Shown here: piece by piece, positions 8,133 to 19,393 of the stretch
How the letters are laid out: every line of letters starts with the position of its first letter
Position numbering within the stretch: position 1 is the first letter of the stretch
Assembly: GCF_000354175.2 (NCBI RefSeq)
Contig: NC_022349.1
Location: 3,210,001-3,242,000 of the forward strand
DNA: 32,000 nucleotides
From: Vibrio alginolyticus NBRC 15630 = ATCC 17749
GTDB lineage: Bacteria; Pseudomonadota; Gammaproteobacteria; Enterobacterales; Vibrionaceae
Direction of reading: 5' to 3'
Program-made: the position numbers and the translations under genes
The notes under the pieces: model-generated
Database searches by the model: none
The model's input: the letters and a program-made list of their open reading frames with translations, nothing else
Told to the model about the DNA's origin: nothing

Positions 8133-8223
8133 TAAATGACATCTCGGTAAGGTGATTTCAAGGGGAAAGTCACAAACTTGTCCCTATGAAAAAGCCAATT
8201 AGTTTAGATGTTATGGAGCACAC

Positions 8224-10128
8224 ATGAGCGAAACCGTATCTCAAAATAAAGAAACTCGTGGTTTTCAATCAGAAGTAAAACAACTACTGCATTTAATGAT
8301 CCATTCTCTTTATTCAAATAAAGAGATCTTTTTGCGCGAGCTGATCTCTAACGCATCAGATGCATCAGACAAACTGCGCTTTCAGGCGTTATCTAACCCA
8401 GATCTATACGAAGGTAATGCAGACCTTTGCGTGAAACTGTCGTTTGATGAAAGCGCAAATACCTTAACCATTTCTGATAACGGTATCGGTATGAGCCGTG
8501 ATGATGTGATTGAGCACTTAGGAACAATCGCAAAATCTGGAACAGCCGAGTTTTTCTCAAAGCTATCTGAAGAGCAGAGCAAAGACTCTCAGCTTATTGG
8601 TCAGTTTGGTGTTGGTTTCTACTCGGCATTTATCGTTGCTGACGCCGTTACCGTGCGCACTCGCGCTGCGGGTCTAGCCGCTGATGAAGCGGTACAATGG
8701 CACTCAGCGGGTGAAGGTGAGTACACCATCGAAAACATTACCAAAGAGTCACGTGGTACCGACATCATTCTTCATATGCGTGAAGAGGGTAAAGAGTTTT
8801 TGAATGAGTGGCGTCTACGTGACGTTATCAGTAAGTACTCTGATCACATCGGCATTCCTGTTTCAATCCAAACTGTCGTTCGTGATGACGAAGGCAAGGA
8901 AACAGATGAGAAAAAGTGGGAGCAAATCAACAAAGCCCAAGCACTGTGGACGCGTAACAAATCTGATATTTCAGAAGAAGAGTATCAAGAGTTCTACAAG
9001 CACGTATCACATGACTTTGCCGATCCATTGGTCTGGAGTCATAACCGTGTAGAAGGTAAAAACGACTACACGAGCTTACTATACATCCCATCGAAAGCAC
9101 CTTGGGATATGATGAACCGCGACCACAAATCAGGCTTGAAACTGTACGTACAGCGCGTATTCATTATGGACGATGCAGAGCAATTTATGCCGTCATACTT
9201 ACGCTTCGTACGTGGTTTAATAGACTCAAACGATTTACCGCTAAACGTATCGCGTGAGATCTTACAAGACAATAAAGTGACTCAGTCTCTACGTAATGCT
9301 TGTACTAAGCGCGTGCTAACGATGCTCGAGCGTATGGCCAAGAATGACGAAGAGAAATACCAATCATTCTGGAAAGAGTTTGGTCTTGTGATGAAAGAGG
9401 GCCCTGCGGAGGACTTTGCAAACAAAGAGAAAGTCGCAGGTTTATTGCGCTTTGCTTCAACTGAAGTGGACTCTTCTGAGCAAACTGTGGGCTTGGCGTC
9501 TTACGTTGAGCGCATGAAAGAAGGTCAAGATAAGATCTACTACTTGACGGCAGACAGCTATGCAGCTGCGAAAAACAGCCCTCACTTAGAACAGTTCAAA
9601 GCGAAAGGCATTGAAGTTATCTTGATGTACGACCGCATTGATGAGTGGCTGATGAACTACTTAACTGAGTTTGATGGTAAACAGTTCCAGTCAATCACTA
9701 AAGCTGGGCTTGATCTAAGTCAGTTTGAAGATGAAGCAGAAAAAGAGAAGCAAAAAGAAACCGAAGAAGAGTTTAAGTCGGTTGTAGAGCGCACGAAGTC
9801 TTACCTAGGCGATCGTGTGAAAGAAGTTCGTACGACCTTCAAACTCGCATCTACGCCTGCTGTTGTGGTAACGGACGATTACGAAATGGGCACTCAAATG
9901 GCGAAGCTTCTTGCGGCAGCTGGTCAAGCTGTGCCGGAAGTGAAATACATCTTTGAGCTAAACCCTGAGCACGAATTGGTTAAGCGTATGGCTGACGAAG
10001 CCGATGAAGAAGCGTTTGGTCGCTGGGTTGAAGTTCTGCTTGGTCAAGCAATGCTAGCGGAGCGAGGCTCTATTGAGGATCCAACAGAGTTCTTAGGAGC
10101 CGTTAATCAACTTTTGACTAAGGTGTAA
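8224..10128 (+). CDS. htpG: HtpG (Hsp90-family chaperone)
   Basis: 634 aa. [35 protein letters not shown] and [11 protein letters not shown] are Hsp90 signatures. Confidence 0.97.
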   Translation: MSETVSQNKETRGFQSEVKQLLHLMIHSLYSNKEIFLRELISNASDASDKLRFQALSNPDLYEGNADLCVKLSFDESANTLTISDNGIGMSRDDVIEHLGTIAKSGTAEFFSKLSEEQSKDSQLIGQFGVGFYSAFIVADAVTVRTRAAGLAADEAVQWHSAGEGEYTIENITKESRGTDIILHMREEGKEFLNEWRLRDVISKYSDHIGIPVSIQTVVRDDEGKETDEKKWEQINKAQALWTRNKSDISEEEYQEFYKHVSHDFADPLVWSHNRVEGKNDYTSLLYIPSKAPWDMMNRDHKSGLKLYVQRVFIMDDAEQFMPSYLRFVRGLIDSNDLPLNVSREILQDNKVTQSLRNACTKRVLTMLERMAKNDEEKYQSFWKEFGLVMKEGPAEDFANKEKVAGLLRFASTEVDSSEQTVGLASYVERMKEGQDKIYYLTADSYAAAKNSPHLEQFKAKGIEVILMYDRIDEWLMNYLTEFDGKQFQSITKAGLDLSQFEDEAEKEKQKETEEEFKSVVERTKSYLGDRVKEVRTTFKLASTPAVVVTDDYEMGTQMAKLLAAAGQAVPEVKYIFELNPEHELVKRMADEADEEAFGRWVEVLLGQAMLAERGSIEDPTEFLGAVNQLLTKV

Positions 10129-10143
10129 TAACCTCTGCAAATC

Positions 10144-10175
10144 AAAAAGCTCGCATTTCGCGAGCTTTTTGTTTG
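10144..10175 (+). terminator. Rho-independent terminator of htpG
   Basis: AAAAAGCTCGC-ATTTC-GCGAGCTTTTT followed by GTTTG. Confidence 0.8.
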
Positions 10176-10284
10176 TTGTCGCAAAATTTTGCATCTCAAG
10201 TGCTGAGTTAATAATCAATAGGGCATGAAAGAGGGTACTGTTAACATTCTTTAGTCTTAATACACTCTTTGCTCAGAGAACCTG

Positions 10285-10293
10285 TGATAGAAT
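10285..10293 (+). promoter_or_regulatory. Candidate extended -10 promoter element for adk
   Basis: TGaTAGAAT fits the extended -10 pattern TGnTATAAT. There is no good -35. It lies about 155 nt upstream of the adk ATG. Confidence 0.3.
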
Positions 10294-10445
10294 CTGCGAC
10301 TTGAATGTGAGTAATAAGGCGTGTATTTTTGCTCGCCTATATACGTTATACCGAAACTTATCGTTGCAGGTGCTTCTCAGGTTTGATGTCTAAGAGGTCA
10401 GCTATTGTGAGCTTCGGTATAAATCTTAAATATTAAAGAGGATAA

Positions 10446-11093
<648 letters not shown>

Positions 11094-11132
11094 TTTGCTG
11101 AAGTCAAAAATTTAATATTTTGATATATTGAA

Positions 11133-11157
11133 AGCGGCCCAAGTGGTCGCTTTTTTT
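11133..11157 (+). terminator. Rho-independent terminator of adk
   Basis: AGCGGCC-CAAGT-GGTCGCT (one G-U pair) followed by T7. Confidence 0.7.
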
Positions 11158-11260
11158 AGTTTACTCGTAAACATATATCTAATTAACTTCAGCTCGGCTA
11201 TTCGTTACTTCGAGGTTACTTAAATATATGAACCAAGCCGTTTACCATGAATAGGATGTT

Positions 11261-12223
11261 ATGAAAGAGAATAATAAACAGGGTGTACTCCTAGTTAACC
11301 TGGGAACTCCTGACGCACCAACCGCTCCTGCCGTAAAGCGCTTTTTAAGTCAGTTTCTTCATGATCACCGAGTGGTAGACATGACTCGATGGCTTTGGTG
11401 TCCACTATTGCACGGCGTTATCCTTCCTATCCGAGCTCCTAAAGTTGCCAAACTCTATCAATCAGTATGGATGGAAGAGGGCTCGCCGTTGATGGTGTAC
11501 TCTAAACGCCAAACTGAAAAGTTAGCACAAAAGCTTGATATACCTGTAGAGCTTGGTATGACGTATGGTAACCCAAGTTTACAATCAGGCTTTGAAGCCC
11601 TATTGGCGCAAGGCGTTGATGAAGTCATTGTTTTACCTTTGTATCCGCAATACTCGGGCACAACAACGGCAGCGGTTTCTGACGGAATCACTAAAGCATT
11701 TAAAAACCTGCCGGTGATGCCAGGCTTTAGCTTTATTCGTGATTATTACAATCACCCGAAATATATTGAAGCGTTAGCGCATTCAGTTCGTGAACATTGG
11801 CAAAAGAATGGCCAGGGAGATTACCTGCTGTGTTCTTATCATGGTATTCCAAAACGCTATGCTGACAATGGTGATGTTTACCCACAGCATTGTGAAGAGA
11901 CGACTCGCTTGCTTGGGGAAGCGTTAGGTTTAAGCGAACAACAAATTGGCATGACGTATCAGTCCCGATTTGGGAGAGAAGAGTGGCTTCAACCTTATAC
12001 CGATAAGACCCTAGAAGCACTTCCTGCAAAGGGTGTGAAAAATATTAATGTTGTGACCCCTGCATTTTCGTCAGATTGTTTAGAGACGTTGGAAGAGATC
12101 TCGGAAGAGTGTAAAGAGATTTTCCTTGAAGCTGGTGGCGAAAACTTTACCTACATCCCTTGTTTGAACGATAGTGAACTTCATATCGAGATGATGGTTG
12201 AGTTAGTTCAATCTAAACTTTAG
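11261..12223 (+). CDS. hemH: Ferrochelatase
   Basis: 320 aa. [14 protein letters not shown]...[15 protein letters not shown]...PLYPQYS...SYHGIP...QSRFG ferrochelatase motifs, in the htpG-adk-hemH order seen in enterobacteria. Confidence 0.95.
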   Translation: MKENNKQGVLLVNLGTPDAPTAPAVKRFLSQFLHDHRVVDMTRWLWCPLLHGVILPIRAPKVAKLYQSVWMEEGSPLMVYSKRQTEKLAQKLDIPVELGMTYGNPSLQSGFEALLAQGVDEVIVLPLYPQYSGTTTAAVSDGITKAFKNLPVMPGFSFIRDYYNHPKYIEALAHSVREHWQKNGQGDYLLCSYHGIPKRYADNGDVYPQHCEETTRLLGEALGLSEQQIGMTYQSRFGREEWLQPYTDKTLEALPAKGVKNINVVTPAFSSDCLETLEEISEECKEIFLEAGGENFTYIPCLNDSELHIEMMVELVQSKL

Positions 12224-12227
12224 ATAC

Positions 12228-12257
12228 AAAAAAGGGTCGCAATAGCGACCCTTTCTA
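12228..12257. terminator. Bidirectional terminator between hemH and the POT permease
   Basis: AAAGGGTCGC-AATA-GCGACCCTTT, with an A-run upstream and T-rich sequence downstream. It sits between convergent genes. Confidence 0.75.
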
Positions 12258-12272
12258 CGTTTAGTTGAGCGA

Positions 12273-13661
12273 TCAAGCAACTTGTACTTGCTGCTCTTCT
12301 ACTTGCTCTGCCGTGCTGTGCGTATTTTCAGCGCCATGCATCCAGCGAACGAGTGTATTAGAGAACAGGAGCAAAATTACGCCACTTACGGTTGCGCTGA
12401 CCGCAATACCACTAAAGATAGCCATAGCGCCTAACTCGCCTACGTGAGAGCCCACATAGCCCGCAACATAGTTAGCAATCGCATTACAGCCAAACCATGC
12501 ACCCATCATAAGTGAAGCTAAGCGAAGCGGTGCTAATTTAGTCACCAATGAAAGACCAATTGGTGATAAACACAGCTCGCCTAATGTGTGGAAGAAGAAA
12601 GCGCCGACCAACCATAACATCGATGTTTTTACTGTTGTATCTCCACCTTGTTCTAGCACTGCGCCAACCATACAAAGGAAACCAATCGCTAAGAAAAATA
12701 GTGCCATTGCAAATTTCACTGGCGAAGTAGGTTCACGTTTACCCAATTTTACCCAAAGGACGGCTAGGACTGGCGCTAGAGTAATAATGAAAAATGGGTT
12801 TAGTGATTGGAACCACGCAGCAGGAACTTCAAAACCACCAATCATGCGATCAGTATATTGTTGAGTGTAGATGTTCATCAGGCCACCTGCTTGTTCAAAG
12901 CCTGCCCAGAAGACAATAGTGAATAAGCTCATGACCAGAATTACTTTTAGTCGATTCACTTCTTCTTTGGTGAGTGGCTGCTTCGTGGTGGCGTTTTTGT
13001 TATTTAGATCTCGTTTCGCCGCTGGTTCGCGGCCAATATCACCAAGCCATGATTGAGCCAGTACCATTTGCATCACTAGGCTAACCAGCATACCCACACC
13101 AGCGGCAACAAAGCCAGCTTTCCAACCGTAAGAGGTTGTCACAGAGCCAGAAACGACGCCGGCAAGTAATGCACCTAAGTTGATACCCATATAAAAGATA
13201 GTGAATGCGCCGTCACGACGGTTGTCACCTTCTTGATAAAGGTCGCCAACCATGGTTGAGATATTTGGCTTAAAGAGACCGTTACCAGTGATAAGTAGGC
13301 CAAGACCTAAATAGAAACTGTGTAGCGAACCAATACCTAAAGCATCAGCAGGAAGTGCAAGAGTAAACTGGCCGATGGCCATTAACGCGCCACCAAGCAA
13401 AATTGAGCGACGTTGACCTAAATAGTTATCTGCTAGGTAACCACCGATAAGAGGCGTGATATACACAAGCCCTGTGTATATGCCGTATAGGTCTAATGCG
13501 TCTTTGGTTGACCAGCCAAGGCCGCCATTCATTGTTGTATCAGTAAGGTAAAGCACGAGAATGGCACGCATTGCGTAGTAAGAAAAGCGTTCCCACAGTT
13601 CAGTACCGAACAATAAGAACAGGCCACGTGGATGACCAAAATATTGATGTTGGTTTGACAT
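12273..13661 (-). CDS. POT/PTR2-family proton-dependent di-/tripeptide permease
   Basis: 462 aa, polytopic. N-terminal HPRGLFLLFGTELWERFSYYAMRAILVLYL carries the PTR2 ExxERFxYY signature. Confidence 0.9.
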   Translation of the reverse strand: MSNQHQYFGHPRGLFLLFGTELWERFSYYAMRAILVLYLTDTTMNGGLGWSTKDALDLYGIYTGLVYITPLIGGYLADNYLGQRRSILLGGALMAIGQFTLALPADALGIGSLHSFYLGLGLLITGNGLFKPNISTMVGDLYQEGDNRRDGAFTIFYMGINLGALLAGVVSGSVTTSYGWKAGFVAAGVGMLVSLVMQMVLAQSWLGDIGREPAAKRDLNNKNATTKQPLTKEEVNRLKVILVMSLFTIVFWAGFEQAGGLMNIYTQQYTDRMIGGFEVPAAWFQSLNPFFIITLAPVLAVLWVKLGKREPTSPVKFAMALFFLAIGFLCMVGAVLEQGGDTTVKTSMLWLVGAFFFHTLGELCLSPIGLSLVTKLAPLRLASLMMGAWFGCNAIANYVAGYVGSHVGELGAMAIFSGIAVSATVSGVILLLFSNTLVRWMHGAENTHSTAEQVEEQQVQVA

Positions 13662-13994
13662 AAGCTCTTCTAATAATAGTTATTACATTTTTTAACGACT
13701 TCTACGTATACAATGCAATTCAACGAGTGACAAATAATAAAATTTTGCCATTCAACTATTTTTGTTTGTTAAGTGGCTGTTTTTGGTTGGATTTGCAGAT
13801 TATATGATGGTGTATTGGTTGTGTTACAAACTTAATTTCCATTTTTGCCTATGGACTTCTTTATCGTAAGTTGCTGAAAAATTTCGTTAATGCGAGCGAT
13901 GTATAATCATACTTTTATAGATAAACTGAATATCAATGACTCAACTTTGGCTTAATGCTAGGATAAAAACAAAATAGAATTGGCTAGTAAAAAG

Positions 13995-14495
13995 ATGAAA
14001 CGTTGGTATCTACTTTATTGTAAACGTGGGGAGCAGGTTAGGGCGAAACAACACCTTGAAAACCAAGGTGTAGAGTGCTTTTATCCAACTGTAGAAGTTG
14101 AGAAGATTTTGCGCGGTAAAAGACAAAAAGTCGAGGAACCGCTGTTTCCTTGTTACGTATTCGCTTACTTTGATTATGAGCAAGGGCCAAACTTCACCTC
14201 AGTCCGCTCTACTCGAGGTGTTGTTGACTTTGTGCGTTTTGGTGCTCAACCGAAAGAAGTTCAAGGTGACTTGGTCTTCGAATTGATGCAGCTAGAAAAG
14301 TGTTGTAATGACAATACCGTTTCTGAATGCATGCCAAAACCAGGCGATCAAATTAGAGTTAAAAGCGGTCAATTTGCGGGCATAGATGCCATCTTCCAAG
14401 AACAAGATGGTGAGAAACGCTCAATTATGCTAGTTCAGATGATCACCAAGCGTGTGCCTGTCAGCATAGACAATAGTGATTTAGATTTAAAATAG
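13995..14495 (+). CDS. rfaH: RfaH transcription antiterminator (NusG paralog)
   Basis: MKRWYLLYCKRGEQVRAKQHLENQGVECFYP closely matches the E. coli RfaH N-terminus (MQSWYLLYCKRGQ...). It has a KOW-like C-terminus. I took the ATG at 13995 rather than the TTG at 13980. Confidence 0.9.
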   Translation: MKRWYLLYCKRGEQVRAKQHLENQGVECFYPTVEVEKILRGKRQKVEEPLFPCYVFAYFDYEQGPNFTSVRSTRGVVDFVRFGAQPKEVQGDLVFELMQLEKCCNDNTVSECMPKPGDQIRVKSGQFAGIDAIFQEQDGEKRSIMLVQMITKRVPVSIDNSDLDLK

Positions 14496-14513
14496 CCTAA
14501 TTCCATCAAACAT

Positions 14514-14541
14514 AAAAAGAGGTGCAAAAGCACCTCTTTTT
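14514..14541. terminator. Terminator of rfaH, symmetric and possibly bidirectional with asnB
   Basis: AAAAAGAGGTGC-AAAA-GCACCTCTTTTT. Confidence 0.8.
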
Positions 14542-14564
14542 GATCGTATCTAATTTTCTGTCTG

Positions 14565-14593
14565 TTTTAAAAGGGTTGGACGAACCGACCCTT
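14565..14593 (-). terminator. Hairpin downstream of asnB, a weak terminator candidate
   Basis: AAGGGTTGG-ACGAA-CCGACCCTT. Only a U4 tract follows on the minus strand. Confidence 0.45.
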
Positions 14594-14610
14594 ATCTTTA
14601 TCGTAGAGAA

Positions 14611-16275
14611 TTAGTATGAGTCGTTGTGAACGGTCTGTACTGCACGACCTGATGGGTCAACACAGTTTTGGAACGATTCATCCCATTCAATCGCCTTCGC
14701 TGAAGAACACGCTACTGAAGGGCCTCCTGGTACACACTCTGCTGCTGATGGAAGTGGGAATAACTCTTCAAATATTTCACGGTACACGTAGCCTTCTTTT
14801 GTCGTTGGCGTGTTGTATGGGAATCGATATTGAGCTGTTTCCATCTGCTGGTCTGTCACTTTCTGTTCCGCTACTTCTTTCAGCGTATCGATCCAGCTGT
14901 AGCCAACGCCATCAGAGAATTGCTCTTTTTGACGCCATGCGATCGATTCTGGCAGGTAGTGCTCGAAGCACTCACGAAGGATGTGTTTCTCCATTTTACC
15001 GTTGCCACACATCTTGTCTGCTGGGTTCAAGCGCATTGCTACATCTATGAACTCTTTATCTAGGAAAGGTACGCGTCCTTCAACTCCCCATGCTGCCAGC
15101 GACTTGTTAGCACGAGCACAGTCGAACATGTTCAGAGCAAGCAGTTTACGCACTGTCTCCTCGTGGAACTCTTTCGCGTTTGGCGCCTTGTGGAAGTAAA
15201 GGTAGCCACCAAAGATTTCGTCAGCGCCCTCACCAGACAATACCATCTTGATACCCATCGCTTTGATCTTACGACCCATTAAGAACATAGGTGTTGATGC
15301 GCGGATAGTCGTCACGTCATACGTTTCAATGTGGTAAATCACGTCACGAATCGCGTCCAAACCTTCTTGAATCGTGTACGTCATTTCGTGGTGAACGGTA
15401 CCAATTTGGTCGGCAACTTCGCGAGCGGCTTTCAGGTCAGGCGCGCCTTCTAGGCCAACAGCAAAAGAGTGCAGTTGAGGCCACCAAGCTTCAGACTTTT
15501 CATCATCTTCAATACGCATCGCTGCAAAGCGTTTTGCTACCGCAGATGTAATAGAAGAATCTAGACCGCCCGAAAGAAGTACACCGTAAGGCACGTCAGT
15601 CATTAGTTGGCGTTTAACAGCCGCTTCTAGCGCTTCAGTCAATTCTTCTTTGCTAGTGCTGTTGCCTTGTACTGCTGCGTACTCGTTCCAGTCACGAACA
15701 TAGTAACGTGTTGGCTCAGTATCTTTAGAGCTGTAATAGCTACCAGGAGGGAATTCACTTACTGTTTTACATACTGGAACAAGAGCCTTCATCTCTGATG
15801 CCACATAGTAGTTACCATGCTCATCGTGACCTTGATAAAGAGGGATAATACCAATATGGTCACGTCCGACTAAATACTCATCTTTTTCTTCGTCGTAGAG
15901 CACAAAAGCGAAAATACCGTTTAGTTCTTCAAGGAGATCTGCACCCATATCTTGGTAAAGTGCAAGAATGACTTCACAGTCTGAATCGGTTTGAAATTCG
16001 TACTTTCCTTCGTAACGAGCACGAATTTCTTTATGGTTGTAGATTTCACCATTGACGGCAAGGATGAGCTTCTTATCAGGGCTGTATAGCGGCTGTGCAC
16101 CACTATTTAGACCAACAATCGCCAAGCGCTCGTGCGCTAAAATAGCACGCTCTGAAGAGTAAATCCCAGACCAGTCTGGGCCACGGTGACGAAGTTTTTT
16201 CGACATCTCTAATGCGATAGGGCGCAATGCGGCTGCATCGCTTTTAATGTCTAAAATGCCAAATACTGAACACAT
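14611..16275 (-). CDS. asnB: Asparagine synthetase B (glutamine-hydrolysing)
   Basis: 554 aa. MCSVFGILD Ntn-amidotransferase start (Cys2) and the SGGLDSS PP-loop motif. Confidence 0.96.
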   Translation of the reverse strand: MCSVFGILDIKSDAAALRPIALEMSKKLRHRGPDWSGIYSSERAILAHERLAIVGLNSGAQPLYSPDKKLILAVNGEIYNHKEIRARYEGKYEFQTDSDCEVILALYQDMGADLLEELNGIFAFVLYDEEKDEYLVGRDHIGIIPLYQGHDEHGNYYVASEMKALVPVCKTVSEFPPGSYYSSKDTEPTRYYVRDWNEYAAVQGNSTSKEELTEALEAAVKRQLMTDVPYGVLLSGGLDSSITSAVAKRFAAMRIEDDEKSEAWWPQLHSFAVGLEGAPDLKAAREVADQIGTVHHEMTYTIQEGLDAIRDVIYHIETYDVTTIRASTPMFLMGRKIKAMGIKMVLSGEGADEIFGGYLYFHKAPNAKEFHEETVRKLLALNMFDCARANKSLAAWGVEGRVPFLDKEFIDVAMRLNPADKMCGNGKMEKHILRECFEHYLPESIAWRQKEQFSDGVGYSWIDTLKEVAEQKVTDQQMETAQYRFPYNTPTTKEGYVYREIFEELFPLPSAAECVPGGPSVACSSAKAIEWDESFQNCVDPSGRAVQTVHNDSY

Positions 16276-16449
16276 ACTACATCCTTACTAAACTAAACAA
16301 TTTCTAATCGGTATGGTTTAAATTTGCCATTACTAATAAAAAAAGCAACGTTTTGTGATTAAAAAAATGATAAAAGGCCTTGTTGTATGGAAAATATTTA
16401 ACTCAACCGTTGTTTTGGTGAATGAGATCAAGGTTTGGTATAAAAACTA

Positions 16450-16482
16450 TACAAAAAAGGCTTTCTATCAATAGAAAGCCTT
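16450..16482 (-). terminator. Rho-independent terminator of the CPA2 antiporter gene
   Basis: On the minus strand: AAGGCTTTCTA-TTGA-TAGAAAGCCTT followed by TTTTTTGT. Confidence 0.7.
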
Positions 16483-16505
16483 CCGAAAAATATCAGTGCT
16501 GTTGC

Positions 16506-18095
16506 TTATTTAATTGGTGTGAATTTAGGTTGAAGTTGTTTACAGACGTGTCGAGCAAAACCGCTACCAGCTTCACTATAAATATTGAATGCTGCGTCAA
16601 CGCCATTTTCAAGTAAGCCTTCCAATTGATCTGGGTATTCGGCGATAGCGGCAATTTGCCCTTTATATTTTCTGCGTTTAAGCTGCTCAAGTGCTGTTTG
16701 GTTACCTTGATGATGTGGCATTGCAAGCAGAACCAGTTTTACATGACCTGTATCTAAAATTCGCTCCCAGAAATCCGGGTCGGTGGCATCACCAGAAATC
16801 ACATTTCTTCCTTCTGAACGATGATGATGTGCAGCGTCTTCACGAATTTCTATACCCAATGAAATTTTGCCATAGCGTGAGCGTAGCTCATCATAAGCGC
16901 CCGTTCCAATACGCCCCATACCTAAGATCAATACTTGGGCATGACCTGGGTTGATGAGTTGGTCGCGTTGATTGAGCTTTTCTACCGCTGTCTCTTGCAG
17001 CCACTTACCTGAATGTCGATAAATTTTATGGCTAAGGCGGTTAAGTGGCGCGGAAATTACAAAGGATACCGACACCGCAACCGCAATCGCAGCAAGCATA
17101 TCACTTGGCATCCAGCCCATTTTATAGGCCAACCCAGCAACAATAAGACCAAACTCACTGTAGTTAAATAGTGATAAAGAGGCGAGCAAAGAGGTACGTA
17201 CTCGAAACTTAAAATGATTAATAGTGACGAAGTACAAGAGTCCTTTGATTGGTAGCAGTAAGATAAATAGCAGGGCGAGAACGACGCCATTCACGCTCAA
17301 TGAGGCGGATAAACCAATGTTCAAAAAGAAGCAGACTAAAAAGAGCTCCTTCATATTGAATAATGACTTGGATAGTTCTGAGGCTTTTGGGTGACCTGCG
17401 AGTAGCATGCCTAAAATTAGCGCGCCCAAGTCTGGTTTCATCCCGACCAACTCGAATAGCCCAGCACCGATAACAAGCGCGAAGAAAATACCGAATAGCA
17501 CTAGCATTTCGCCGTGGCCAACTTTATCGAGCAGCTTATAGAATAGAGGACGAAGGAAAGGCAGTGCGAACAAACCGATGGCATACCATTCTGGGACTTT
17601 TCCGGTTGAAGCAGTCAGGAATACTACGGCAAAAATATCTTGCATAACCAAGATACCGATCGCGAGTGTGCCGTAGGTCGCGTTCATTTCGCCTTTTTCT
17701 TGCAATGCTTTTACGGCAAAAACGGTACTAGAGAACGATAGTGCAAAAGCTAAAAGCAGGATTTGGCTGCCGTCCATACTGGCTAGCGAAGTCAAGCCCA
17801 GTAGTTTTAAGCCGGATAACGCTAGGGCAAAAAAAGCGGTAGAGAGTATGTTGTGGGCGGTTGCCCCTCCCCATATTTCTTTGGACAGCAGGGTTTTTAC
17901 ATCGAGTTTGAGTCCAATAGTAAACAGAAGAAGAGTAACACCAAGATCTGCGAGAGTGACGATAACGTCATTGCTTTGGTAACCAAATGCATGCAAGCCA
18001 AATCCAGCTAGTAGAAAACCAACGAGGGGAGGGAGGCTGCATTTAAGCGCAATAAAACCAGCTAAAAAAGCGGCTGTAATTAGAATAATTTCCAT
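16506..18095 (-). CDS. CPA2-family cation:proton antiporter with a C-terminal RCK/TrkA-N domain (YbaL/Kef-like)
   Basis: 529 aa. The N-terminal two-thirds is polytopic Na+/H+-exchanger-like. The C-terminal Rossmann domain reads VLILGMGRIGTGAYDEL (GxGxxG). Confidence 0.85.
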   Translation of the reverse strand: MEIILITAAFLAGFIALKCSLPPLVGFLLAGFGLHAFGYQSNDVIVTLADLGVTLLLFTIGLKLDVKTLLSKEIWGGATAHNILSTAFFALALSGLKLLGLTSLASMDGSQILLLAFALSFSSTVFAVKALQEKGEMNATYGTLAIGILVMQDIFAVVFLTASTGKVPEWYAIGLFALPFLRPLFYKLLDKVGHGEMLVLFGIFFALVIGAGLFELVGMKPDLGALILGMLLAGHPKASELSKSLFNMKELFLVCFFLNIGLSASLSVNGVVLALLFILLLPIKGLLYFVTINHFKFRVRTSLLASLSLFNYSEFGLIVAGLAYKMGWMPSDMLAAIAVAVSVSFVISAPLNRLSHKIYRHSGKWLQETAVEKLNQRDQLINPGHAQVLILGMGRIGTGAYDELRSRYGKISLGIEIREDAAHHHRSEGRNVISGDATDPDFWERILDTGHVKLVLLAMPHHQGNQTALEQLKRRKYKGQIAAIAEYPDQLEGLLENGVDAAFNIYSEAGSGFARHVCKQLQPKFTPIK

Positions 18096-18121
18096 ACTGT
18101 TAAGCTGTATTCCTGATATAC

Positions 18122-18148
18122 AAAAACGGGCTGTGAAAACACAGCCCG
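18122..18148 (-). terminator. Rho-independent terminator of nagC
   Basis: On the minus strand: CGGGCTGTG-TTTT-CACAGCCCG followed by TTTTTGT. Confidence 0.75.
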
Positions 18149-18176
18149 AGATTGTAACTCAATTGGTTGTATAAAC

Positions 18177-19391
18177 TTAGTCTTCCAGTAACTTTTGTAA
18201 CAAAACTCCGTTCAGCATAGCGCGTTTAATCATCGCAAATGCGCCCATCGTTGGCTGCTTATCAATGTGAGAAGCCACGATAGGGAGGTCGTTATGGAAA
18301 GTTTTAAGAGATTGATTCTCTACATTGCGTTGAATTGCAGGGAAAACAATATCTTGTGCTGCAGTAATATCGCCAGCAATTACAATTTTCTGTGGATTAA
18401 ATAAGTTAACCGTAATCGCAATCGCTTTACCTAGCTGGTTGCCCACTCGCACTAAACTCTGTTTCGCAAGTTCATCACCATTCATTGCGTGCTGACATAC
18501 CGCTTCAATTGTGATGTTTTCAAGGTCGGTTAAGCTTGATTCGTATCCTTGAGTAATCAGTTGCTTCACTCGTTGAATAATCGCTGGGTTTGCAGCTACG
18601 GTTTCTAAACAGCCAAAGTTTCCACATTGGCATTGCTCACCAAGCGGGTCAATTTGGATATGACCAATTTCACCGACGTTGCGGTTAAAACCAAGAAAAA
18701 CCTGGCCGTTAACGATAATACCTGCGCCAGTACCGCGGTGGACGCTAACCAAAATAGAATCCTGGCAGTCTTGGCTTGCTCCAAAGTAGTGCTCAGCCAA
18801 CGCCATGCCACGTACGTCGTTGCCAACAAAGCATGCTGTATTAAACTTCTCTCCAACAATTTCACCGAGAGCAAGATTATCGATATCGGTATTAGGCATG
18901 TATTCGACCACGCCAGTTGTTGGGTTAACAAGGCCCGGTAAAGTGATGCCGATAGCGATGAGTTGATCAATTTTGTCTTCGCAACGGCTTACGAAATCTT
19001 TTAATAAATCGATAAGCCCTGCGATTAAGTCTGCTTGGTTAGTGTAGTGCAATTCATGCTGATCTTCTGCAAGCGCGGTGCCACCTAAATCGTATAAACT
19101 GAACTGTACGTAATCTCGACCTAAGCGAACGGCAATCGAATGAAAAGGTTTGACTTCAGTAGTCAAAGAGATCGCACGACGACCACCAGTTGAAGCTTGT
19201 TGGGCGACCTCCTTAATAAGGCCGCGCTCTAAAAGTTGGCGGGTTATTTTGGTAACACTAGCAGGCGCGAGCTGACTCACGTCCGCGACTTGAATACGGG
19301 AGATAGGACCTTGCTGATCAATCAGCCTATATACCGCAGCGCTGTTAAGCTGTTTTACTAAATCTACATTACCAATCTGTCCGCCATTCAT
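18177..19391 (-). CDS. nagC: NagC, ROK-family N-acetylglucosamine repressor
   Basis: 404 aa. N-terminal wHTH (ISRIQVADVSQLAPASVTKITRQLLERGLI), a ROK body and the Zn motif GHIQIDPLGEQCQCGNFGCLE. It lies 2 nt downstream of nagA. Confidence 0.9.
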   Translation of the reverse strand: MNGGQIGNVDLVKQLNSAAVYRLIDQQGPISRIQVADVSQLAPASVTKITRQLLERGLIKEVAQQASTGGRRAISLTTEVKPFHSIAVRLGRDYVQFSLYDLGGTALAEDQHELHYTNQADLIAGLIDLLKDFVSRCEDKIDQLIAIGITLPGLVNPTTGVVEYMPNTDIDNLALGEIVGEKFNTACFVGNDVRGMALAEHYFGASQDCQDSILVSVHRGTGAGIIVNGQVFLGFNRNVGEIGHIQIDPLGEQCQCGNFGCLETVAANPAIIQRVKQLITQGYESSLTDLENITIEAVCQHAMNGDELAKQSLVRVGNQLGKAIAITVNLFNPQKIVIAGDITAAQDIVFPAIQRNVENQSLKTFHNDLPIVASHIDKQPTMGAFAMIKRAMLNGVLLQKLLED

Positions 19392-19393
19392 GC

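Noticed and set aside
10346-10422. A 10-bp perfect inverted repeat (TTATACCGAA / TTCGGTATAA) enclosing 57 nt just upstream of the adk SD, considered as a possible riboswitch-like leader in the unusually long 320-bp htpG-adk spacer.
   Set aside because: I estimate that a 10-bp inverted repeat within 100 nt should occur about 2-3 times by chance in 32 kb, and more often in AT-rich DNA. I recognise no known riboswitch core. It would need covariation evidence from an alignment of Vibrio adk leaders or an Rfam scan before it could be claimed.
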